Shown here: one piece after another, positions 56,620 to 64,000 of the stretch
Layout of the letters: each line of letters starts with the position of its first letter
Position numbering within the stretch: the first letter of the stretch is position 1
NCBI GenBank assembly: GCA_008501765.1
Contig: QQUE01000007.1
Location: forward strand, 606,186 to 670,185
DNA from: Calditrichota bacterium
GTDB taxonomy: Bacteria; Zhuqueibacterota; Zhuqueibacteria; Zhuqueibacterales; Geothermadaptataceae
Length of the DNA: 64,000 nucleotides
Direction: 5' to 3'
The notes under the pieces: generated by a model
Told to the model about the DNA's origin: nothing
What the model saw: only the letters and a program-made list of their open reading frames with translations
Database searches by the model: none
Made by a program: the position numbers and the translations under genes

Positions 56620-56659
56620 ATTGGAATCAGGTTAAAGGTTCGAGTTTATCTATTCGACA

Positions 56660-57499
56660 TTATTCTAAATCAATTCCTAATTCCTTCCGATATTTTTCCA
56701 AATATTCTGTCTTAAAATCACGCTGTGTGCGGCAGGGTTTGCAAATGAAATGTTTCTCCGGGCAAATGATGTTATTTTTTTGAATCTCGCCGCAGACGAG
56801 GCATTTCTGTTTTTGTGGTAAAATTGTGCGGATGAAATTCGTCCCACAAACCGGGCACGTAAACGCACGATGATGGGTAAAATGCTGATAGCCAAACTGA
56901 AAAATCCAGGCAGGGTTTGGCCAAACCATCTCGGTGTGGCGCTCAATATGCCCCTTTTTAATATTCTCCAAAACCTCACTTTTCGTTTTGCCCGGCACTT
57001 TGTTGTGGCAAATTCCGATGGATGCAACATCTTTTGAATCCGAATTTGCAACCAGCGGAACGCTCCGTCGCGACAAGATCAACTGAGCCAAAATATTGGG
57101 AAACAGCAACGGACTTGCCCGGAAATTGAACACTTCGATGGCATCAAAGGGCAAGTGGGCATATTTGCCCAGCGGAACGAGTGAGTGATAAATTAGGAAT
57201 GGATGCGCGAGAATTGCTAAACCACCCTGCGCATGGATTTGAGCGATTGTTTCGTGAGGTGTGAGGAAATTGGGGATATTTTCTCGAATATCAATGGCGA
57301 GAATATGTCCGGCAGAACTTTCCACCTCCTGTCCAACGATGACTAAAAACTCGGGCAGCCGTTTTTGTACCCACTGCGCTAAGGAAATATCAAAAAAATT
57401 GGTGATCGCAATGGCATCGATATTTCGCTTTTTCAGTACGCTGCGGATTTCAGATAAATTGTGCGCCCGTCTAATGTGAACATGTAAATCTATTTTCAT
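56660..57499 (-). CDS. PHP-domain phosphoesterase with a C-terminal Cys-rich zinc-ribbon region
   Basis: 'MKIDLHVHIRR', 'LAHP' and 'NSDS' metal-ligand motifs. The C-terminus has 'CPVCG...CLVCG...CPEKHFICKPC'. Confidence 0.7.
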   Translation of the reverse strand: MKIDLHVHIRRAHNLSEIRSVLKKRNIDAIAITNFFDISLAQWVQKRLPEFLVIVGQEVESSAGHILAIDIRENIPNFLTPHETIAQIHAQGGLAILAHPFLIYHSLVPLGKYAHLPFDAIEVFNFRASPLLFPNILAQLILSRRSVPLVANSDSKDVASIGICHNKVPGKTKSEVLENIKKGHIERHTEMVWPNPAWIFQFGYQHFTHHRAFTCPVCGTNFIRTILPQKQKCLVCGEIQKNNIICPEKHFICKPCRTQRDFKTEYLEKYRKELGIDLE

Positions 57500-57683
57500 T
57501 TACAAAAATTCCAGTTCAAAACGTACACCGGATTTTAATTTAGGTCCCGGTATTCAAATTATTTTCACCAATGTGATTGCTAAGGTGTTGCATCTTAAAA
57601 AAAATATGGCTTAATATAAGATCAATTTTCTTAAATTATCCGATGAATAGAAATGGTCCCAAAGAAAATTGTTACTGCTATAA

Positions 57684-58601
57684 GTGTTCATGGTAATCAT
57701 TGTAAAAAGGATCGAGACTCAATTGCAAGGACTAACTGAACAAAACCTGGTAAAGAGATGGAATCGCCGTAATTTTTTTATTTTTTTATTGGTGATCATC
57801 GCCCTCGTTTGCGGTGAATTATTTTTCCATTTTGTCGAAATTGGTATCGGACGCTACCTTGTTTGGCAAAATGAAGGACGCGAGAGAACGGGGCGCAGTT
57901 GGGTTAAGGTAAAAAATATTACCGCAGCCGGTTCCAGTCTGGAAAGTTATTCCCAGAATGTAAGAAAAGAAGAAAAGCAATTGCGGGAAATTAATACCTT
58001 TCCACAATTGCTGAAATTACTGAATACAAATGGGCCGATGACCTTGCCTGCACGCCATTATCTGCGCGTTTACAATAGTCTGCCGCAGGACCTAAACTCT
58101 ATTCTCATTCCTCCGGATTCGCTCATCGCTTTTCGCAGCACCGGCACGCTGGAAAATGTCTATGTTGAGTTGAACGAAAACGGATTTCGCAATGTATTTC
58201 TCAACCAAAACAATGATTTTTTACTTGAAAATACCCTCGATGGCACCGCACTCGATATGCTGGAAAAGCACGGCAGCAGCCAAATCTTGGACATCACCAA
58301 CACAGCACGATTCGAAGCACGGACATTTGAGCTCAACCGCTTTCAAGAGTTGCTCGATGAAATATCCTTTGAGACCAAAAACAGTTTCATCAGCGCCATG
58401 CCGGCTCTGATTGAGTTCGCCGGCCCAACTACCAAAATCGCTATCTCGAATGAAATTATTAGCAATTTTCACGAAGTAGCCATCGCCAACGATAACCTGC
58501 GTGCCATCGTTTATTACATTCCAGCTGACTGGATTAACGAACTTATCGAAGTGTTTGAAGAACAGGATTTTGAGCAGGATGACGAAGAATATCTTTTATA
58601 G
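57684..58601 (+). CDS. Hypothetical single-pass membrane protein overlapping the PBP1A start
   Basis: 305-aa ORF with one TM ('FFIFLLVIIALVCGELFF') and an acidic tail 'EEQDFEQDDEEYLL'. No recognisable motif. The start is uncertain (GTG 57684 or ATG 57690). Confidence 0.5.
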   Translation: MFMVIIVKRIETQLQGLTEQNLVKRWNRRNFFIFLLVIIALVCGELFFHFVEIGIGRYLVWQNEGRERTGRSWVKVKNITAAGSSLESYSQNVRKEEKQLREINTFPQLLKLLNTNGPMTLPARHYLRVYNSLPQDLNSILIPPDSLIAFRSTGTLENVYVELNENGFRNVFLNQNNDFLLENTLDGTALDMLEKHGSSQILDITNTARFEARTFELNRFQELLDEISFETKNSFISAMPALIEFAGPTTKIAISNEIISNFHEVAIANDNLRAIVYYIPADWINELIEVFEEQDFEQDDEEYLL

Positions 58602-60615
58602 TTTAATCGGTTTTGCCAGTTTTGTGCTCATCGTTTTATATATCGGTTTCTTTTATATCAGCGCAAGTTTGCCATACATTCCCAACGATTTGCGGCAGCT
58701 TGTTTTCTCGCAACCCACCGAAGTATTTGCCGACGATGGTTCCCTTGTCTATTCCTTGCGTGGACAACAATACGTTCCGTTAAGCCAAATCAGTCCCAAT
58801 TTTTACAACGCACTGGTCGCTACGGAAGATTCGCGATTTTACGAGCACCACGGCATCGATCCGTTCGGGTTGATTCGAGCAGTGGCTTATATGGGAAAAC
58901 GGGGTGGCGGATCGACCCTGACACAGCAGCTTGGCAAAGTCCTGTTTTTCACCTATCGCAGTGAATTTTTACGCAAATTTAAAGACATGCTGCTGGCGAT
59001 GCAGCTCGAAAGCATGTTCAGCAAAGAGCAAATTCTCGAGGCATATTGTAACTTCGTTTATTTCGGCGGTACCGCCTACGGAATTGAAGACGCCTCGCAA
59101 CAATTTTTCAGCAAATCTGCAGCCGAATTGAGCATTTCTGAGGGTGCGATGTTGGCGGGAATTATTAACGCGCCCAACCTGTTTAACCCCTTTTCGCACC
59201 CCGAAAGAGCGGCGACGAGACAGCATCTCGTACTCACACGCTTGCATACGGTCGGCCTGCTCTCCGATATGCAATTTGAAGAAGCCAAAGCAGATTCTCT
59301 TGTTTATGTTTCGCGGCGACAGCGTGGCAATGATTACGTGGATTATGTGCTGAACGAGGCCGCGACACTGTTCGGAACGGATGCTGTTCAGTACGGCGGA
59401 TTGAAAATTTACACCAGTCTCGATCCCGATTTGCAGCGCATGGCGGAAAATGCCGTCAGCGATGGCATCACACGACTGGAGGCCAGCCTTGATTCCACAG
59501 GTGCGCCGTTGCAAGGGGCCATGGCCGTGGTATCAGTGGCCAGTGGCGAGATCAAAGCATTGGTAGGCAGCCGTGACCGTGTTCCGGGTGGATTTAATCG
59601 GGCGGTCAGTGAAAACCGTCATGTCGGCTCCGGAATCAAACCAATTATCTATTATACTGCCCTGGAAAAATTGGGGTTGACGCCAAAATCCGTGCGCATG
59701 GATACGGCCACCGCATTTTACGCCGGGCCAGGCCAACCTCGCTGGCGGGTACGGAATTTTGATCGTATATTCCGTGGCCCGGTTACATTAAAATGGGCGC
59801 TGATGCTGTCGGTCAACCTTATTTCAGCGCAATTGACAAAAGAACTAACTCCAGCCGCGGTTGTCGAAGCGGCAAAAAAATTCGGAATTACTTCGCCACT
59901 CGAACCCAATATTTCGCTTTCCATCGGTACGGGCGCCACTTCCCCCCTCTTGATGGCCTCCGCTTATTCAATTTTTGCCCGTAACGGCATGTATTATCCG
60001 CCGGTGTGTATAAAACGGGTGCAGGATGCCAGTGGCGTGGTTATTCACAAAGCGCTGCTGCGTTTTGGCGATCAAAGACTGGATCCGGAAAAAAGTTACA
60101 TGACCCTGGACATGATGAAAGGCTATTTTAGCAATTTGATAAATAATGGTCGAATTATCCGGGCTAACGGATTTCGTGGGCCGGGCGCCGGGAAAACCGG
60201 CACCAGCACCGATTATACCGACGCCTGGTTTAACGGCATCACCAGCTCACTCTCGGCCTCGGTTTGGGTCGGATACGACCGCAATTATCAGATGTACCGC
60301 AAAAACCGGCGCGGCGTGACCGGCAGTTTTGGCGCCGTACCAATTTGGGCAAATTTTATGAAAGTGGCGCAAAGCCGCTACCCGGCGCGCGATTTTACAA
60401 TGCCCGAGGGAATGCAAGTCCTCAACGTCGACCGCATAACTGGATGGCCAACTCTCAATCCAGCGAGATCTCTTCCTGTTGTTGTGGCTGAAGATGATGC
60501 TAACGACTTGAGGAATCTAAATTTCGATATCCGGGGATTCGAGGACGATGCAGAAGATTTCATCGATGAATTCGACCAAATGACGCCAATTGACACAACA
60601 AATGGCGATGGATAA
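58579..60615 (+). CDS. Penicillin-binding protein 1A (bifunctional glycosyltransferase/transpeptidase)
   Basis: GT51 motifs 'ATEDSRFYEHHGID', 'GGSTLTQQL' and 'RKFKDM'. Transpeptidase motifs 'SGIKP' region and 'KTGTS'. ATG at 58579 (MTKNIFY) precedes the TM anchor. Confidence 0.92.
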   Translation: MTKNIFYSLIGFASFVLIVLYIGFFYISASLPYIPNDLRQLVFSQPTEVFADDGSLVYSLRGQQYVPLSQISPNFYNALVATEDSRFYEHHGIDPFGLIRAVAYMGKRGGGSTLTQQLGKVLFFTYRSEFLRKFKDMLLAMQLESMFSKEQILEAYCNFVYFGGTAYGIEDASQQFFSKSAAELSISEGAMLAGIINAPNLFNPFSHPERAATRQHLVLTRLHTVGLLSDMQFEEAKADSLVYVSRRQRGNDYVDYVLNEAATLFGTDAVQYGGLKIYTSLDPDLQRMAENAVSDGITRLEASLDSTGAPLQGAMAVVSVASGEIKALVGSRDRVPGGFNRAVSENRHVGSGIKPIIYYTALEKLGLTPKSVRMDTATAFYAGPGQPRWRVRNFDRIFRGPVTLKWALMLSVNLISAQLTKELTPAAVVEAAKKFGITSPLEPNISLSIGTGATSPLLMASAYSIFARNGMYYPPVCIKRVQDASGVVIHKALLRFGDQRLDPEKSYMTLDMMKGYFSNLINNGRIIRANGFRGPGAGKTGTSTDYTDAWFNGITSSLSASVWVGYDRNYQMYRKNRRGVTGSFGAVPIWANFMKVAQSRYPARDFTMPEGMQVLNVDRITGWPTLNPARSLPVVVAEDDANDLRNLNFDIRGFEDDAEDFIDEFDQMTPIDTTNGDG

Positions 60616-60718
60616 AAAGGATGAAATTGGTATTGGTTTTCAATTTTATAATTGATAGTGCAAATTAAATCAACTTACTATTACTACTTTGGCAGATTAA
60701 ATGGGCTTGAGCGAGCTT

Positions 60719-60751
60719 AACCCTGACAGGGCTCCAAGCCCTGTCAGGGTT
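60719..60751 (+). terminator. CCTGACAGG-type hairpin downstream of PBP1A
   Basis: 'aaccctgacaggg ctccaag ccctgtcagggtt' is a perfect 13-bp stem, followed by 'gctattttc'. Confidence 0.5.
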
Positions 60752-60834
60752 GCTATTTTCAACTTGCTGGTCTTTTTCGGAAAAATCGAATTTGCCAAAG
60801 TAGTACTATTCCAATAATTTATCAAAAAGTTTAG

Positions 60835-61371
60835 ATGAAACTTACAACAAATCGACTCATCCTGCGCCAATTCTGCCAGTCGGATTTTGAAGAATATGCC
60901 GCGATGGTTGGGCACACGGAAACAATGCGTTATATTGGCAATGGTGAACCGTTGTCCCGCGAGCAGGCCTGGCGCAGCATGGCCGCTATTTTGGGCCATT
61001 GGCAGTTGCTGGGCTACGGACTTTACGCAGTGGAAGAAAAATCCAGCGGCAAACTTGCGGGGCGTATCGGGCTGATCAATCCCGAAGGCTGGCCAGGCAT
61101 CGAAATTGGCTGGATGCTGCATCCTGATTTCCGCGGTAGAGGTTTGGCTTTTGAGGCGGCAGTCGCAATCATGACCCACGCCTTTGAAGTACTAAAAGTA
61201 CGTGAGCTCATCAGCCTCATTCACCCAATGAACACTGCATCACTAAAGTTAGCTGAGAAACTGGGCGAATCCTTGCACGATTACATTCAATTCTTCGGCG
61301 TCGAATGTGCAGTTTATAAAATAAAACGTGAGCTATTTCTTGCCAGTCCCCCGAATCCAAAATCCATGTAA
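60835..61371 (+). CDS. GNAT family N-acetyltransferase (RimJ/RimL-like)
   Basis: 'TNRLILRQF' N-terminus, 'IEIGWMLHPDFRGRGLAFEAA' acetyl-CoA-binding motif. Confidence 0.85.
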   Translation: MKLTTNRLILRQFCQSDFEEYAAMVGHTETMRYIGNGEPLSREQAWRSMAAILGHWQLLGYGLYAVEEKSSGKLAGRIGLINPEGWPGIEIGWMLHPDFRGRGLAFEAAVAIMTHAFEVLKVRELISLIHPMNTASLKLAEKLGESLHDYIQFFGVECAVYKIKRELFLASPPNPKSM

Positions 61372-61380
61372 AGTACTTTC

Positions 61381-61965
61381 ATGAATTCAAAATTTGAAAA
61401 ATACGACGGACTAATTTTCGATTGTGATGGCACACTCATCGATTCGATGCCGGTGCATTATGTCGCCTGGAAAGCCACCATGCTAAAATACGGTATCCAC
61501 TTTTCCGAAGCACGTTTTTATGCCCTCGGTGGCGTTCCAGTCTTTGAAATTATAAAAACCTTGGCAGAGGACGCCGGCAAGGAATTGGATATCGAAGCTG
61601 TCGCGGATGAAAAAGAAAAAATGTTCATCGCAAACATGCACGAAGCCCAGGCGATCGATGAAGTTGTGGCCATCGCACGCGCGAATCTAGGAAAAAAGCC
61701 GATGGCTGTAGCTTCAGGAACAGCAGGCTGGGCTTTGGAACTCGAGTTGAAGCACATCGGAATTTACGATTGGTTCGACGCCATCGTTGGCAGTGACACG
61801 GTGAAAAAACACAAACCGGAACCCGATGTTTTTCTCGAAGCCGCTCGCCAAATAAGTGTGGAGCCAGCCCGTTGCTGCGCTTTTGAAGACAGCGATATGG
61901 GAATCCAGGCTGCACAAGCAGCGGGTATGGATGTTGTTGATGTGCGAGAATTACGCAAAGGTTGA
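61381..61965 (+). CDS. HAD-superfamily hydrolase (beta-phosphoglucomutase-like subfamily IA)
   Basis: Motif I 'LIFDCDGTLIDS', motif II 'AVASGT', motif III/IV 'KPEPDVFL...FEDSDMGIQAAQAAGM'. Confidence 0.88.
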   Translation: MNSKFEKYDGLIFDCDGTLIDSMPVHYVAWKATMLKYGIHFSEARFYALGGVPVFEIIKTLAEDAGKELDIEAVADEKEKMFIANMHEAQAIDEVVAIARANLGKKPMAVASGTAGWALELELKHIGIYDWFDAIVGSDTVKKHKPEPDVFLEAARQISVEPARCCAFEDSDMGIQAAQAAGMDVVDVRELRKG

Positions 61966-62174
61966 ACGGGGAGGTAGCGAAAAAATTTTTGTCTAAAGTT
62001 CTTTTAATCTGAAATTATGAACTAAACTAGCACTGCAAGTGCATAGGTTTGGCCAGGACTGAAAGTCCATTATTCAAGCATTAAATTTTCATAATTTGTA
62101 AGCCATCTTTTTCAATTGGTCATTAAAATGATCTTTCCCCCAGCGCCTACGCCAAACAGGAAATGCTTTTATTG

Positions 62175-62251
62175 GCCACAGATTAACACCGATGAAACAC
62201 GGATTTTTTAAACCCGATAAAATCTGTGTTCAATCAGTGTAAATCAGTGGC
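62175..62251. repeat. 77-nt palindromic (REP-like) element
   Basis: 'gccacagattaacaccgatgaaacacggatttt' pairs with 'aaaatctgtgttcaatcagtgtaaatcagtggc'. Confidence 0.4.
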
Positions 62252-62382
62252 TGAAGTTTCTTCAATTCAATATTTGCATTGCATCTTTATTTTTTATGGC
62301 ATTAACTGAAAGTCTTGCGCTGGAAGCGCATAGTTTTAAACTAGCGCGCAGAAACAATAAAATTGCAGTTCACCGATTATCT

Positions 62383-62467
62383 TTTTGACAAGATAAACAG
62401 GATTTTCAGAAACTGAATATATTCTGAGTCGCAATCATCCAGATAATCCAGTTGGTCCTGTCAAAAC
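62383..62467. repeat. 85-nt palindromic element related to the CCTGACAGG family
   Basis: 'ttttgacaagataaacaggatt' pairs with 'aatccagttggtcctgtcaaaa' (17/22). Confidence 0.4.
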
Positions 62468-62493
62468 CAGGATTATTTGAACCAACTTTTCTA

Positions 62494-63726
62494 CTAATTT
62501 ACTTCATCCGGCTCGTATTCATAAGGCAGACTTTCCGCCAATCGTTCCCAGGCCATGTAGCCGTGTGTGTGCAGCTGAAAATTATCCCAATACCGCCCTT
62601 TTTTTTCAACTAACACCGAATCCGCCTCAATCTCGATAATCGAGCCCTGAGGGCCGGTCCAGCGGTGAATTATGTCCGTGTCTTCGAGGTAAGTTGGATC
62701 TTCGCGCTCGCGATTAAAACGTATGTTGAGCGGTCTGTTGAGTTTTAGCCAAAGCTCATCGTCGTTTGCAGAGGGCGAGAATAACAACGCGCTGTTCACA
62801 GGCATGTCTTTGGCCCGAAAATCGACTGAAGTCGTTTTTGAATCATTTGGAAATGAAATTTGAAAGCCTGCTTTTTTCAGATAATCCCGTGTTAAAAGCA
62901 TTTGCAAAGTATGCCTGGGATTTTTATTTCTGTTCTTTTTGATTTTGTATTTTTTGTACTGTTTTTCCAGTTCCGGCCCTCGCAAGGCCTGAATCCGCTT
63001 GGCCGCGGAAATCAGCTCTGTAAAAAAATGACGTGTCGATCCCTGATAGGCCTTTTTTCTTCTTTTGCGCCACTGCTGTTCCTGTTTATCCGATTCCGGT
63101 TTCAAACTGGTAAATTTTGGATTGCCGGCATATTTGGTGTGCCGTCCTTTTGCAGAAAAATAACGCAAAATATATTCGATTTTATAGCCAAGTCCCTTAT
63201 TGATGATAATTAACGGTTCGGTAGCTGAAGCTGCCAATTCACCCCGCTCATTATTTTTTAAATCGATTATAAAAGGATTTTCGATCTTCGTTTTGCTGGC
63301 GTTTTCAGTTGTACCCAGCAGTCGTTTTTCAAATATTTTCAAATTCTTGCGCCATTCCTTTTGCTCATCCGCATTGACGATGATCGTTTCACCCTGCAAA
63401 ACACGTGGCCGGAGTTTAAATAAAAAAGTTTTGCCCATGGGGATGGTCACCCGGATCAGGCGGCTGTAAACATCGTAGCCAATCATCGATACGACGATTT
63501 CGAATTGGCCTGTGGGCACATTTTTAATATTAAAATTGCCCGCGGCATCCGTGGCATCGCCCTTCATCGTGTTGGCGAGAAAAACATTGACGCCCTGTAG
63601 CGGATCACCGGATTTTATATCTATGACGGTTCCGGTGACGTTTTGCAGATGCTGGCCAATTGCATTTGTAATCAGAACGAGTGTGATGAGTAAAAATGAA
63701 GTGATGATGGATTTAAAAGGGAGCAT
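62494..63726 (-). CDS. Carboxypeptidase-regulatory-like domain secreted protein
   Basis: Signal peptide, then 'VTGTVIDIKSGDPLQGVNVFLANTMKGDATDAAGNFNIKNVPTGQFEIVVSMIGYD'. The remainder is unassigned, with a Lys/Arg-rich central segment. Confidence 0.55.
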   Translation of the reverse strand: MLPFKSIITSFLLITLVLITNAIGQHLQNVTGTVIDIKSGDPLQGVNVFLANTMKGDATDAAGNFNIKNVPTGQFEIVVSMIGYDVYSRLIRVTIPMGKTFLFKLRPRVLQGETIIVNADEQKEWRKNLKIFEKRLLGTTENASKTKIENPFIIDLKNNERGELAASATEPLIIINKGLGYKIEYILRYFSAKGRHTKYAGNPKFTSLKPESDKQEQQWRKRRKKAYQGSTRHFFTELISAAKRIQALRGPELEKQYKKYKIKKNRNKNPRHTLQMLLTRDYLKKAGFQISFPNDSKTTSVDFRAKDMPVNSALLFSPSANDDELWLKLNRPLNIRFNREREDPTYLEDTDIIHRWTGPQGSIIEIEADSVLVEKKGRYWDNFQLHTHGYMAWERLAESLPYEYEPDEVN

Positions 63727-63905
63727 TTTTTACTCCGTTTTTTAGTATTTTTGGAGCCCTTGGATAAGAATTAAAATAACCACAAATTTGTTCTTTTACA
63801 ACTCCGATTTAATTTCCTATATTCCCTTGAATTCTGTAATCATTTGCCCTTGGGTTACACGATTAATTAAACAATGAACTTCTAAACACAAAGAAATCCA
63901 TTCCT

Positions 63906-64000
63906 ATGACCATAACTGTACAAAATAAAGAATACAAAATAAGCCGCTATCCTGAGACTAAAAGCACTTCGCTGCACGCATGGAGCGCTGCCGATGAACA
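63906..64000 (+). CDS. Partial (5' end only) rRNA m2G methyltransferase, RlmG/RsmC-like
   Basis: 'MTITVQNKEYKISRYPETKSTSLHAWSAADE' resembles the N-terminus of RlmG/RsmC proteins ('..RFP......LQAW.AADEYLL'). It is truncated by the window edge and recalled from memory only. Confidence 0.4.
   Translation, partial: MTITVQNKEYKISRYPETKSTSLHAWSAADE

Noticed and set aside
55771-57499. Patatin plus PHP gene pair as an anti-phage defence module
   Set aside because: The genes are convergent, not an operon. The patatin is a short stand-alone RssA/YchK-like form with no sensor or cyclase partner. No other defence hallmarks are nearby.
60697-61179. 160-aa minus-strand ORF overlapping the GNAT gene
   Set aside because: The plus-strand GNAT frame has clear acetyltransferase motifs. 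The minus-strand ORF starts inside the terminator hairpin and has no recognisable features.

Overview
This is a 64-kb chromosomal window from a diderm bacterium. It is probably an uncultured member of the FCB superphylum. That placement is an inference from two GWxTD-domain proteins, a PorV/PorQ-like barrel, CarboxypepD_reg-type secreted proteins and an OmpA with thrombospondin-type-3 repeats.

I support about 50 protein genes, 2 tRNAs (Thr-CGU, Phe-GAA) and a type-A RNase P RNA. I also support a set of Rho-independent terminators and several families of intergenic palindromic or MITE-like repeats. I saw no rRNA, CRISPR array, transposase or phage genes.

Gene orientation is very asymmetric. 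Every supported gene from 36 to 54101 is on the minus strand except one ArsR regulator. A 920-bp AT-rich gene-free gap follows (54102-55021), and to its right most genes are on the plus strand.

Content, left to right:
- aroB, a TPR protein, a double-PspC protein and the first GWxTD protein.
- An ArsR-controlled envelope exporter module: RND/MMPL, LolA-like, DUF1302-like barrel and DUF2892.
- trmI-thiI, a YdiJ-like FAD/Fe-S oxidoreductase, TSP3-OmpA, and a beta-barrel plus mono-haem cytochrome c pair.
- Cysteine desulfurase, the second GWxTD protein with the PorV-like barrel, and the tRNAs.
- mlaD-like, hprK, hpf, xer, topA, smg, secA, nusB and ilvE.
- A long acyl-CoA operon: two ACADs, hbd, thiolase, an MBL hydrolase, crotonase, a split AtuA interrupted by a GlmU-like gene, and a carboxyltransferase.
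- recJ, rnpB and a COG1579-type zinc-ribbon protein.
- After the gap: patatin, a PHP phosphoesterase, PBP1A, GNAT and HAD.

The window is mostly housekeeping. The items most worth a second look are:
- the split AtuA/GlmU-like arrangement inside an atu/liu-like cluster with no biotin carboxylase;
- the ArsR/RND/LolA-like/barrel/DUF2892 module;
- the GWxTD/PorV pairing;
- a 297-bp MITE-like insertion with a flanking direct repeat;
- a dispersed CCTGACAGG palindrome family that doubles as terminators;
- the 920-bp strand-switch gap, which could be an origin or hold an unannotated RNA.

All functional calls come from motif recognition by eye. No database search was run.
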